DNA of 64,000 nt, from positions 8,246,001 to 8,310,000 of the forward strand of contig CM035355.1 in assembly GCA_020137815.1 (NCBI GenBank). Direction: 5' to 3'. Source of the DNA: Hormiphora californensis. Lineage: Eukaryota > Animalia > Ctenophora. Numbering within the stretch: the stretch's first letter is position 1; each line of letters begins with the position of its first letter. Position numbers and translations under genes: made by a program. Positions 13,782 through 27,439 of the stretch are shown piece by piece. The notes beneath the pieces are model-generated. The model had not been told where the DNA came from. It saw only the letters and a list, made by a program, of their open reading frames with translations, and ran no database searches.

Positions 13782-14320
13782 AGCTACACTCCTTTCCCCT
13801 CCCTCTACAGAGATCACCAGCTAACACTCCTTTCTCCCCTCCCTCTACAGAGATCACCAGCTAACACTCCTTCTCCCCTCCCTCTACAGAGATCACCAGC
13901 TAACACTCCTTTCCCCTCCCTCTACAGAGATCACCAGCTAACACTCCTTCCCCCTCCCTCTACAGAGATCACCAGCTAACACTCCTTTCCCCCTCCCTCT
14001 ACAGAGATCACCAGCTAACACTCCTTTCCCCTCCCTCTACAGAGATCACCAGCTAACACTCCTTTCTCCCCTCCCTCTACAGAGATCACCAGCTAACACT
14101 CCTTTCCCCCTCCCCTCTACAGAGATCACCAGCTAACACTCCTTTCCCCCTCCCTCTACAGAGATCACCAGCTAACACTCCTTCTCCCCTCCCTCTACAG
14201 AGATCACCAGCTAACACTCCTTTCTCCTCCCTCTACAGAGATCACCAGCTAACACTCCCCCTCCCTCTACAGAGATCACCAGCTAACATCCCTTTCCCCT
14301 CCCCCTACAGAGATCACCAG
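13782..14320 (+). repeat. Acceptor-echo array, ~39-bp unit x ~14 (5 copies in the sister array at 11267-11464)
   Basis: Unit CTAAC + pyrimidine tract + CTACAG|AGATCACCAG; only the last copy continues into the exon. Confidence 0.93.
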
Positions 14321-14707
14321 AACATACTGACAGAGATGAAGGGAATATCTTCGAAACTAGAGGAAATCACCAGGAGACTAGACCAAGTACCAGGATGTTC
14401 TAGTGGCAAGAACCGACCCAACACCGCCCTCTCAACCACATCTAGACCGGGGATGTCTAGACAGCTGTCAGCCGCTGCTGACCTCTCCTCCAACAGATCT
14501 CACTCCGCAGACAATTTCAATATTACAGTACCACCTCCACCCAGATCAAATTATCGATCTCCCAACTTCTCTCTGCCGATCAGGCAACCCAGTGAGACAG
14601 AGGATCAGTTATCTAACCCCTCTGTGAACAAGTTTAGGAATCTGCTGATGAAAAACACACCAGGCGATGGGGGAGGGCCCTCGCCGACTGGGGATGAACG
14701 ATGTTAA
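14311..14707 (+). CDS. Second copy of the TRP gene terminal exon (alternative last exon or uncollapsed haplotype)
   Basis: Intact CTACAG acceptor and same reading frame as 11455-11851. About 20 nt differ, and only ETGEEL->ETEDQL changes the protein. Confidence 0.6.
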
Positions 14708-15159
14708 AACAATTAAACAATTAAACATTTATTTAATACATATATATTGACGATATATTAAGGGTTGGGTACATACTAACATTATTCTCTTTTTAGTTTG
14801 TTGTTTTTTGATATTTTTTGTTGTCCACCACCGAACCAGGAAATACTGGTCCCTGATTGGCTGATAACCAGTCACGTGACCTAAATAACGAGTTCTGATT
14901 GGTTGTTTACTTGGTTCGGTCGGTTCCTGTTCACCACATGGTGGCCGCGCGGGAATTTCTCGCAAAACTGTGTGAAATGTATGATGTTGTTTTCTCTGTT
15001 GTGCTCAAATTAAAAAACCAAAACTTGCTAGGTTAATGAAATGTTATATTTTAGTTAACTAAAGATAAATGACTTATTTAATGGAGAGTGAAATTCACCA
15101 AAAATAAAAGAAAATTGTGTAATATGTAGATAGACATTACATTTAAATTGATTTTAATA

Positions 15160-16442
15160 CAGTCGGACCCCGATTTAGTGGCATCCTCGGGGGAAAAAAA
15201 TCCTGCCACTAAATCGGGGTGCCACTAAATCGGGGAGATCCATATTTGGCCCATAAAAACCTATTTTATGCCCAAAATGCTATACTAAGACTAAAGACAC
15301 CTCTAACTGTTATATGCAATATTCATGTATTGATGACATGATTATTTTTGATTAGAAAAAGAAAGCTATAAAATATTTTTTTTCAAAACAAGAATTATTG
15401 CATTATGTATTCATAATGCGGTGTTTCCCTGCCCTCCGTCGACAGGATCAGTATCACACTATCAGTATCACAATATCAAGGCTTGGTCACAATGTGAGAT
15501 GCATGCGTCCTGTATGTATGCAGTTACACAGCTGTTTTACTCTACCCTCACCCCTTCAGCAACAGTGTTGTGAGCGCTGGCCGCTGCGCACAGAAAAATA
15601 AGCGTCCTGACATCATATTTCATCAAAACAGTTATTTGATTTTATGAAGGAGCAGTTACTATGCTGCTACCGTGACACACGCGATTTTGACCACGCTCGA
15701 GTTACTATTTCAAATCCGAGATTTCTAAACCCTTTATGATCTTTTTAGCACACGTGCTAAAACGATCATCCGGGTGGATGCCCTTCGGGCATCCACCCGG
15801 GCAGGGAAAAAATTGTGAAAAATTTTCTAAGTTATACCAGCCCGTCCGATTTGTGTTTCGAATCGGTGCAGCTTACTGAATGTCCTGTCTAATTAGACAG
15901 TTCGAAACGAACTGATACGTGATACCATGCCGAATCGGGGCACCCTAAGCGGGTGAGGAAGTATCAACATTTCAAAATAACTTTTTCTCTCAAAATTTAT
16001 GGGGAGCACCGATCAAAGCATTGACAATCGTACTGTAAAATTTTGCAAAAAAAAGTTTTAAAATTTTTTAAAGGTATACCAGCCACGTCCGAATCGTGTT
16101 TCGAATCGGTGCATCTTATCGCAATATGTCCTGCTGCTAATTAGACGGTTCGAACGAATCGAAACGTGATCCCCATCGAATCGAAATTTTGACGCTGGTG
16201 AACTTGTGATTCAATGGCCCCATGGGGATCACGTATCGGTTCGTTCCGAACCGTCTAATTAGCAGCAGGACATGCGATAAGATTCACTGATTCGAAACAC
16301 GATTCGGACGTGGCTAATATTCCTTTGAAAAATTTTCAAAAAAATTTCACAAAAAAATTCAAAAAAATTTTTGGGGGAAAAAAATCGTGCCACTAAATCG
16401 GGGTGCCACTAAATCGGGGGCCACTAAATCGGGGTCCGACTG
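15160..16442. mobile_element. Second copy of the same TIR element (part of the segmental duplication)
   Basis: Almost identical to 12304-13585, with the same flanks. Confidence 0.88.
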
Positions 16443-16649
16443 TAATATAGATAGCAAAAACATTGATTTTTCAATTTTTTAACCAACCAAGCTCGCTACC
16501 CCTTCCCCCTCTCTATTTCTTTCTTCCCCTCTCTCTATTTCTTTCTTCCCCTCTCTCTCTATTTCTTTCTTCCCCTCTCTCTCTATTTCTTTCTATCTCC
16601 CCCGTCGATTACTCTCTGATCTCACTAAAACACTAAAACACTAAAGCTA

Positions 16650-18130
16650 TCATTTTCGTTCCATACTGTCAATTCTCTTCATGAGAGTCTCAATTAGCTC
16701 CGTCTGTGACTTGATTTTAGTTTTCAAAAACTCATTCAAATCATCATCTGTTGATTCCTGTTTCTCTTTCAACAGTCTTCGCAGCGTTATGTTAGTTGCT
16801 TGGACCTGAAACAACACGTATTTTGTACATTTTGTACATTATATCGTATGTGTAGTGTGTACATTGTGTACATTTTGTACATTTTGTACATTATGTACAT
16901 TGTGTACATTGTGTACATTGTACATTGTGTACATTGTGTACATTGTGTACATTGTGTACATTGTGCACTGTGTGTATATTGTTTGTACTTACATCGCTCT
17001 CAAATGTGGTTTGTTCATCATCTCTCAGCTCATCGTCATCATAAAATGCTGATGCAGGAGCGTAGTTGTATGCAATGTCCAGAAGATGGAACTTCCTCCA
17101 ATATTGAGGTAGTTTGTTTTCTATGGATACTATCATGGCAGCCTTCTCAAACTGTGAAACCACTAGAGCGTTCTCATACACTTTGGAAAACGTATCTGAA
17201 ACAAGGGATATGCATCATAAGATCATGGACACCATGTGATTGAAACTGTTACATAGCTAGTCTATACTGGTATAGTAGTCACATGGTCACCACGTGATTG
17301 AAACTGTTATATAGCTAGTCTAGACCGGTAGTAGTGGTATCCAGTAGTTTAGTTAGAATTGAGTTATATAGGATATAATTGAGTTGAGGGTCTACCCGAT
17401 ACCAGTCCGCCCACCTACCAGATAAGAGGGCGATAAGGAGGTTGAGGAGAATTACAGAGGATGCTATCAACCAATAAGAAATAAGAATCCTGGTAAAGGA
17501 AACGTATATTCCTCTGTTCTCAGCCAATAGAATTAGAGTATCATAACCATAATCATCCACCAGTGTGTATCTGAATACTGGAGGGGGGTGGTGGGTGGGG
17601 TGGGGGGTGGGGTGGGGGGAGGGGTTAGTTTACACTGCATAGTACCCCGGCAGCCAATAGAATTAGTGTATCATAACCATAATCATCCACCAGTGTGTAT
17701 CTGAATACTGGAGAGGGGGGGGGGGGGTGGGGTGGGGTGGGGTGGTGGGGTGGGGCGGGGGGAGGGGTTAGTTTACACTGCATAGTACCCCGGCAGCCAA
17801 TAGAATTAGTGTATCATAACCATAATCATCCACCAGTGTGTATCTGAATACTGGAGAGGGGGGGGGTGGGGGGTGGGGGGGGGGTGGGGCGGGGTGGGGG
17901 GAGGGGTTAGTTTACACTGCATAGTACCCCGGCAGCCAATAGAATTAGAGTATCATAACCATAATCATCCACCAGTGTGTATCTGAATACTGGAGAGGGG
18001 GGGGGGGGGGTGGTGGGGGGTGGGGTGGGGTGGGGGGAGGGGTTAGTTTACACTGCATAGTACCCCGGCAGCCAATAGAATTAGTGTATCATAACCATAG
18101 TCATCCACCAGTGTGTATCTGAATACTGGA

Positions 18131-18176
<46 letters not shown>

Positions 18177-21100
18177 GGGGTTAGTTTACACTGCATAGTA
18201 CCCCGGCAGCCAATAGAATTAGTGTATCATAACCATAATCATCCACCAGTGTGTATCTGAATACTGGAGAGGGGGGGTGGTGGGGTGGGGTGGGGCGGGG
18301 TGGGGCGGGGGGAGGGGTTAGTTTACACTGCATAGTACCCCGGCAGCCAATAGAATTAGTGTATCATAACCATAATCATCCACCAGTGTGTATCTGAATA
18401 CTGGAGAGGGGGGGGGGGTGGTGGGGGTGGGGACTGGGGGTGGGGTGGGGCGGGGGGGGGGGTGGGGCGGGGGGAGGGGTTAGTTTACACTGCATAGTAC
18501 CCCGGCAGCCAATAGAATTAGAGTATCATAACCATAATCATCCACCAGTGTGTATCTGAATACTGGAGAGGGGGGGGGGGTGGTGGGGGTGGGGGTGGGG
18601 TTAGTTTACACTGCATAGTACCCCGGCAGCCAATAGAATTAGAGTATCATAACCATAATCATCCACCAGTGTGTATCTGAATACTGGAGAGGGGGGGGGG
18701 GGTGGGGTGGTGGGGGTGGGGTGGGGGGTGGGGTGGGGGGAGGGGTTAGTTTACACTGCATAGTACCCCGGCAGCCAATAGAATTAGAGTATCATAACCA
18801 TAATCATCCACCAGTGTGTATCTGAATACTGGAGAGGGGGGGGGGGGTGGGGTGGGGTGGGGCGGGGGGAGGGGTTAGTTTACACTGCATAGTACCCCGG
18901 CAGCCAATAGAATTAGAGTATCATAACCATAATCATCCACCAGTGTGTATCTGAATACTGGAGAGGGGGGGGGGGGGGGGGGGGGGGGGGGGTGGGGCGG
19001 GGGGAGGGGTTAGTTTACACTGCATAGTACCCCGGCATACTGGAGAGAAATAGAGATTGGGGGAAGTCGGGATTAAATAATCTAGCCCCAATCTAGCGGT
19101 GACAACTGTATTAGTATACAGAATCAGTAAAGTGTTAGTAACTTAAGTAACAACTGTATAATCACCTGTAAAGCAGCATTGTTTGAGGTCTCCATACTTG
19201 TAGTCACTAAAATCATCGTTACTGGTTAGGGTGGAATTGTAAGTACCGTCCTTACCGGCCGAGTACAGGTGGTAAAATGAACACACCTGTGTAAAGACAC
19301 ATGGGAATGGGTGAGACGGAATGTAAAGGGGATATACAACAATTATATACTAGCTATAGGGTTTTATGGGCAGGAAATAGAACGAGTCAATTTCTGAGCA
19401 CATGAATAGCGAATTATGTTCATCATGAATGGTATGCCTATAGCATTTAAAATTAAACTCATTAATATTTTCGTACCATGGGAATGTATAGGATAATGTA
19501 AACGATGGCAGTCTTGGCGATATCTTTTGGCAGCGATGATATGATCACACAAAATGGTCCTGTGGAAAGAATTGTGATTTGGGCTGGTGTCATCTGAATC
19601 TCTAAGGCAATATTTGAATGTTTGTCTACCAATTCAATGGTTGCCATGGTAACTAAATCGGTAACTAAATCGGTAAGTATGAATTGTCAAGTAAAACAAC
19701 GTGAGTAGAGCACTCTCCGGGACAAGGACTATCAACAATAACTATGAATTGCTAAATTATGTTCAGAAATGATCACTAACTGCCAACAGAGTAAAAACAA
19801 CTGCTCCCAAAAAGACAGACTGGTATTTAAAGCATTTCATCAATCCGATTTGAGTTTGCCATCGGCACTCCCATAACAATGGGTAACGGAATCCATGCTA
19901 ACATGGTAACCATGGTAACTCCCATAACAATGGGTGGGAGTCTAAGCCTAACGGAATCCATGCTAAAGGCGGAGTCTAAGCCTAACGGAATCCATGCTAA
20001 AGGCGGTGTCTAAGCCTAACGGAATCCATGCTAAAGCCATAGTCTAAGCCTAACGGAATCCATGCTAAAGGCGGTGTCTAAGCCTAACGGAATCCATGCT
20101 AAAGGCGGAGTCTAAGCCTAACGGAATCCATGCTAAAGGCGGAGTCTAAGCCTAACGGAATCCATGCTAAAGGCGGAGTCTAAGCCTAACGGAATCCATG
20201 CTAAAGGCGGTGTCTAAGCCTAACGGAATCCATGCTAAAGGCGGAGTCTAAGCCTAACGGAATCCATGCTAAAGGCGGAGTCTAAGCCTAACGGAATCCA
20301 TGCTAAAGGCGGAGTCTAAGCCTAACGGAATCCATGCTAAAGGCGGAGTCTAAGCCTAACGGAATCCATGCTAAAGGCGGAGTCTAAGCCTAACGGAATC
20401 CATGGTAAAGGCGGAGTCTAAGCCTAACGGAATCCATGCTAAAGGCGGAGTCTAAGCCTAACGGAATCCATGCTAAAGGCGGAGTCTAAGCCTAACAGAA
20501 TCCATGCTAAAGGCGGAGTCTAAGCCTAACGGAATCCATGCTAAAGGCGGAGTCTAAGCCTAACGGAATCCATGCTAAAGGCGGAGTCTAAGTCTAACGG
20601 AATCCATGCTAAAGGCAGAGTCTAAGCCTAACGGAATCCATGCTAAAGGCGGAGTCTAAGCCTAAAACGAACTCTAAAGTCTAACTCTAAGTCTAACTTT
20701 AGACTTTAGACATAGAGTCCGGATTTTTTAGACTTAGCACAATTTTTTAGACATAGCTATTATAGAGTCCCCTGTGTTAGACTTGGTAGACATAGAGTCT
20801 CCCATACTCAGGCGTTAGATAAAGAGTCTCCGGACTCTAGGTCTAAAACCTAATCCCAACCCTAAACCTAAGCCTAACAGAACCCCTAACCCAAACAACA
20901 ATCGTAACCATTGTGGACCAGTTAGAAAGCACAGCGATCTCTCGCAATCTACGATTTTAGACTTATAGCTGAGCTGATACTTTTTAGCGTTCCCTTGTTT
21001 TAGAATTATTAGACATAGAGCCCTCCCTGTATTTTGAGCAAAAAGTGGACTCTAAGTATTGTAATATTGTATTTAGAGTCCGTTAGGCGTTAGACCTAGC

Positions 21101-24100
21101 GTCCGTCTCCCGTGTAAACGTCGATAAGCTCTCATTATCTTAATGAGCTTAATGACGGGTTGTGAACCATTTTGGACCGTCAATTCCTAGCCCCTGCAGA
21201 CAACCAGTGAATATTGTGAATGTGAAGGTGTGCTATTTTTCATCGTTTAGTTGCTAACAAGAAAACAAATTACATTTCTAATGGTAAACTTTTTATGAGT
21301 ATCAAACAGCATGTCGGTATTTTGTTTAGCCCAAGGGAGCTTCACAGATCCAGGTTATATCTTCGTCGTGCCCATGGCGATTGGCCCACTTACGTCCATT
21401 TTCTTTGCTTTTACGGAAAGAAGCTGTTGGCATATTGTATTCGCTAATTTCACCGGTCATTTTGATGAACTGCTGCAACTTAGGTCCAATAATACGCATG
21501 AGTGCCAAACAAACGGGTTCATATTCTGATTACCAACTACCAGCTACCATGACACTGCAGGTAATCAGAAAATGATCCCACCTGTTTTCACATTTTGGGC
21601 GAGACTGCAACCGCTAATTGGTAGTTGTCCCAAAACTGTGAAATACAGCTTTGGACACATAAAGTGTTTTATGAAGGAGCACCGTCGCGTAACAACGCAC
21701 TGAACGAACGACCATCACTTCGACGCGACATCTTTTATTTGTATAAAACATGCACAATTTTTAATACTCACCCAGTTTTTCAAGAACTCGACAGTATTTG
21801 AATAGTTTAGCCCACACCACAACCAGGGTAACTGATATTAACTGTCCTCTCTGCACTTTATAGGTACTGGCATCCAGGTATTTTATCAAGAAATGTACTA
21901 ACAACGTCACTATGTAGGAATTCAGGGTTAAAAATTTGAAACGTCGGGAATTTGATATGATTCAACTAGTTGTCTTCTTACCAAACATTAAAACAATGGA
22001 AGCCCAGTCAAACACATTCCAAGAATCCTTTGAGTAAAAACTGCTGGACTTTCTAACTTGATCCTAAACAGTGAGTTAGCTGAGTTTCTAACTTGATCCT
22101 AAACAGGGAGTTAGCTGAGTTTCTAACTAGATCCTAAACAGGGAGTTAGCTGAGTTTCTAACTTGATCCTAAACAGGGAGTTAGCTGAGTTTCTAACTTG
22201 ATCCTAAACAGGGAGTTAGCTGAGTTTCTAACTTGATCCTAAACAGGGAGTTAGCTGAGTTTCTAACTTGATCCTAAACAGGGAGTTAGCTGAGTTTCTA
22301 ACTTGATCCTAAACAGGGAGTTAGCTGAGTTTCTAACTTGATCCTAAACAGTGAGTTAGCTGAGTTTCTAACTTGATCCTAAACAGGGAGTTAGCTGAGT
22401 TTCTAACTTGATCCTAAACAGGGAGTTAGCTGAGTTTCTAACTTGATCCTAAACAGGGAGTTAGCTGAGTTTCCATGGTAACAAAACCGAGTTTCCATGG
22501 TAACAAAACCGAGTTCGATCAGTTCCCATGCAGATAATATGCAGATAATAATGAACAACTCTATTTTCTAGACGCTGGTAATGAAGTAGTAACTGTGTTA
22601 TGTTCTACCTGTTCCTTCCGGAGGTACTGTTTTTCTTCCTCAGATAGTAATTCCAAGTACTTGAATTCCATTTCCAACTGTTTTAACCGCTGAGTCACAA
22701 ACCTCTGGTGACGGCGTCTGTTTAACCGCAGCTCTCTTATCTCATCAAACACCTGCAGCAGTAATGTTTGAAAACACCTAGTTGGAGATCAGTGCAGTAT
22801 TTTGTAAAACACCTGCAGGAGAGTGCTCAGTGCAGTCTTTTGTAAAACACCTGTACAGGGATGTTTTAGCTTTGAAAACACCTAGTGGGATAATCTTGAA
22901 ATAACTTGGAGGCAACTATGAACCATAGAAACGAAAACTTCTCTATCAGTTTGAAATTTTGTAAACATCTTGACCCGAAGCATTTATGATTATTTCAAGA
23001 ATCTTGTCTACTGACCTGGTAGATAAAGAACAGGACAGTAAGCACTTCATTGGCAATAGCTACTTTGTTAGTAAGGGTATCTGAACTCTCTGTGCTGTCT
23101 GTGCTCTCAATCGGGTTGAACAGGCACAACAGACTCCAGTTCAACAAGACTATCAGATACGCAGCTACTTCTTTCCTATACCCTGAGAAATAGTTGAGTT
23201 GTTGTACTGTACCCTGGAATATTTTGGAATGTTAATGGAATGACTTGTTTTGCTGTTCATAGAGCGGAGACTGAGGCATATGGAGTTGTTACACGGAGAC
23301 TGGCATTGCGGACACAATCAGCTTGTAGTTATGATGTAAATGATTAATAATGCTTACCTCTTCTTCCGAATTGGTACCATTTGATTTCAATAAGTTTCTG
23401 GATGATTGGGTGTCTAATTATCTCCAATTCGCTATTCCCCGCCCTCACAGTTTCCTCTAAAACTGTAAATGTTGTTCTTGCACACTGAAATCAGATGTGT
23501 TTATGTTGATGGTAACAATATCTATGGAACATCAAGATATCCATTTTGTGAAATCCGTTATGTGCGGTAAATAAAACTAAACAAACGTTCACTTTTAATA
23601 GTCTCGGGACTATACCTCATCGTTGCAAAGAGTAATGGGTTCCAGAAACTGAAGGCTAAAGTACTCCCGCCTGTTCCGCAGATCTTTTTCTATGCACGTA
23701 TCTAAGGCCTGCAGGAGGTTTCTAATTACACATGGGAGGATACAGCCGGGTGGTACTAGACCTATTAGCCTCGTCCAATCTCAAGAAGGGAAAGTCAGAA
23801 GACTCGATAGTGGTTCTCTCCATCCTACCTGTCTAAGCTATGATCTGCACATAGGAGAGAAAATATAGAGTGCACTTACCTTTAGGGCGAGTGGAGGGCA
23901 CTTGTTCACCATAGCACTGATACCATACATGCCAGTAAAGTCAATAGCGTACACTTTAGCTCCACAGTCAAGTAACATGGCTCCAGCTGACATCCTCCCC
24001 AACTCTGCTGCAAGTAATAGCGGCGTTCTACCCCGGTAGTCCCTGTAATCAGTAATCAGTTAGGGGTGGTGTGGTGGGTGGGGTGGAGGGGTGGGGTGGA

Positions 24101-27100
24101 GGGGTGGAGGGATGGGGTGGGGTGGGGTGGAGGGGTGGAGGGGTGGGGACATCCTCCCCAACTCTGCTGCGAGTAGTAGCGGCGTTCTACCCCGGTAGTC
24201 CCTGTAATCAGTAATCAGTTAGGGGTGGTGTGGGGTGGGGTGGAGGGTGGGGTGGGTGGGGTAGGGTGGAGGGGTGGGGTGGAGGGATGGGGACATCCTC
24301 CCCAACTCTGCTGCAAGTAATAGCGGCGTTCTACCCCGGTAGTCCCTGTAATCAGTAATCAGTAAGGGGTGGGGTGGGGTGGTGGAGGGGTGGGGTGGAG
24401 GGGTGGTGGAGGGGTGGGGTGGAGGGGTGGGGTGGCGGGATGGGGACATCCTCCCCAACTCTGCTGCAAGTAGTAGCGGCGTTCTACCCCGGTAGTCCCT
24501 GTAATCAGTAATCAGTTAGGGGTGGTGTGGGGTGGGGTGGGGTGGAGGGGTGGGGTGGAGGGGTGGGGTGGAGGGATGGGGACATCCTCCCCAACTCTGC
24601 TGCAAGTAGTAGCGGCGTTCTACCCCGGTAGTCCCTGTAATCAGTAATCAGTTAGGGGTGGGGTGGTGGGTGGTGTGGGGTGGGGTGGAGGGGTGGGGTG
24701 GAAGGATGCGGTGGGGTGGAGGGATGGGGACATCCTCCCCAACTCTGCTGCAAGTAGTAACGGCGTTCTACCCCGGTAGTCCCTGTTGTAATTAAAAGTA
24801 GTTAAAATTAAAGTTTCACCTCTCCGATCTGAGAAACACTGTGAGATCAGTGATCTCGCAGTGTTTCAACTGGACTCATATTCAGCCGCCAATTATCATG
24901 AAACTCTCTCTCTACCTCCGGAGACATCACTCAATGATGTACATTGTACACACATGGAGGTGAAAAATAAAGTGGGGTCGTTGCTGGGACTGTAAATATG
25001 TAAATATGTCATTATCATGTGAATATGTCATGATCAAGGAAAGAAAGTGGGGAAGAAGTTAACTTGTTCGGCTCCCCCCAATTACAATTAAAAAGTAAAT
25101 TAACCAATAAGTTTTACCTTGCCTCAATCTCAGCTCCCATCTCGACAAGTTTCTTGACTGAGCTCGGTGAGTCATATCTCGCAGCGTAATGTAGTGAGGT
25201 CTGTAGCATATAGAACGTAGTGGATTCCAAGTCTCCTCCGTTACTGGCCAATATCTCGACTATAGCTGAGTTGTTGTAAGCAGCAGCAACGTGCAGTGGG
25301 GTACAACTGTAATCGTCCTCTGGAAATACAATAGAGATTAAAAGGGGTGCTCATAAGGCATAAGCTTTTGCAGTCTCTATTTCATTAGGGGGTAGAGCAA
25401 TGACCGTGGTAAATTTCACAAAACCCAAGTGAGATTATCTTTAGTTTGGCCTTGGGGCTTGGGTTTTACTTTTTTACTTACCAAGATTTATGTTAACTGA
25501 GTAGTTGAGGAAGAAGAAGCACACATCAGCATTATGGTATCGTGCTATCTCATGCATTAGGTTCTGTCCCACATCGTCACAGGCGTGTACATCTGCACCC
25601 TCTGATATCAACTGACGTACTGTATCCAGATCTACTTTTACCTGGTGTGGAGGGGTGGGGCGGGGTGGAGGGGGTGGGTGGGGCGGTGGGGTGGGGTGGT
25701 GGAGGGGGTGGTTGGGGCGGTTGGGGGAGGGGGGCTGACGTACTGTATCCAGATCTAATTTTACCTGGTGTGGAGGGGTGGGGTGGGGCGGAGAGGATGG
25801 GTGGGGAGGTGGGGGGGGGGGGCTGATGTACTGTATCCAGATCTACTTTTACCTGGTGTGGAGGGGTGGGGTGGAGGGGTGGATGGGTCGGTTAGGGGGG
25901 GGGGTGGTGAAAAGGGTGGGTGGGGCGGAGAGGGCGGGTGGGGCGGTGGGGTGGGTGGAAAGGGTGGGTTGGGCGGAGAAGGCGCCTGGGGAGGTGGGGG
26001 TGGGGTGGTGGAGAGAGTGGGTCGGGTGGAGAGGGCGGGTGGGGCGGTGGGATGGGCTAGTGGAGAGGGTGGTTGGGTGGTGGAGAGGGCGGGTGGGGCG
26101 GAGAGGGCAGGTGGGGTGGTGGGGTGGTGGAGAGGGTGGGTGGGGTGGAGGGGCGGGGTAGGCCGGAGTTGTGGGATGGTGGGGGTAGATAAACTTTTAC
26201 CTGCTTTTGGGGGTGGGGTTGGACTTATACTGGGGGTTAGTGAAATCTGTAGATTCAGATCTACAGGGCTGGCTATGTGGAAGGTTGGAATGAGATTTAT
26301 TCTATAACTAGTATACCGTTTCTTCAGGACTGGTTTTGGTAGCGATGTCGTTGAAATAGTAAAGGAGTCCCAGAGTTTTATTTCCCCGGTACTTCTCGTG
26401 GAGTTTCAGGGTTACTCTAACTCGGTTCATCGCCTGGAAAAAGTAGAGTCTGCTGACTGGGAATGTTACATTGATCTTACTGGACGGACAAATTTCCTCG
26501 AACGGATAAATAGTCAGATCAAGAAAAAAATAATTAAAATCTTGAACACTTTACCTTTGATTCCAAAAGACGTGATATACACCACCACTCAAGACGTCTG
26601 TATAATCTTGCTGGACCAGTTAGGAATATCCAAAGGTATTTCAGTTTGGTGGGCGGAACGTTCCTTGGTATCTGCAGCGCAGGGAGGTACAACCAATAAA
26701 TCATATAATAGTGAGCGATCACAAAAGTGAAAATACCAACTAAAATATTAAAATATTGCAGATTTTCTAATGCTTCTTCAAGATGCTTGTCCAAGGGGTG
26801 TATTTTTTTAATAGACTGAGCTGATGACTATAATAATGCAGACCTAATATAGCCTACCTTATCAGGGAGTGAACTTGATTCGAACATCATGATGAAAAGA
26901 AGCTCACAAACAAACTGCTCAGTCTGACATTATCTAGCTCCACCATTTACTTTTCTCAACGCTTCTATCTCTTTGTTTCTCACATTCTTGGTCTCTAAGT
27001 GAAGATAGTCTTCTTCTGCTCCTACTGCTATCGATGAGCGAGAGAGCGGGAGCGAGAGAGAGAGAGGAGAGCTAGAGCCGAAGAGAGAGCTGAGAGCGCC

Positions 27101-27368
27101 TGAAAGAGGAGAAGAGCGGAGCACAAGACGCGCAGCGGAAGAGGAGATAAGCGAGAACGCGCGAGAGCGCGTCAGCGCAGGACTATCGTCCTCTGCACAG
27201 CGCTCTCTCTCATGATCCAGCGCTCTCCGATCTCCTCAGCGCGCTATCTCATCTGATCTCTACGAGCTCCTCCCTGATATGCCTCGAGACTATCCGACAC
27301 GTCGTACTCATCTCTCTCTCACTCTCTCTCTCTCTCCATCTCTTCTTGTCCATACTCTCTCATCTCTC

Positions 27369-27439
<71 letters not shown>

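Larger units (their letters stand above)
11267..16645. repeat. Tandem segmental duplication (~2.5 kb and ~2.85 kb units)
   Basis: 11267-~13780 and ~13782-16645 each contain acceptor array + terminal exon + 3'UTR + TIR element + CT tract. Confidence 0.9.

Noticed and set aside
17521-19045. CRISPR-like repeat/variable-spacer appearance (also 23990-24785)
   Set aside because: The 'spacers' are just variable G-runs, the repeats are exon-edge copies, the context is eukaryotic and there are no cas genes.
20845-20895. Telomere-like CCTAAC repeats
   Set aside because: Short, degenerate and inside a MITE-like element in an intron.
21311-21575. Possible nested gene in the TRP intron (short ORFs)
   Set aside because: No recognisable domain or consistent exon chain.
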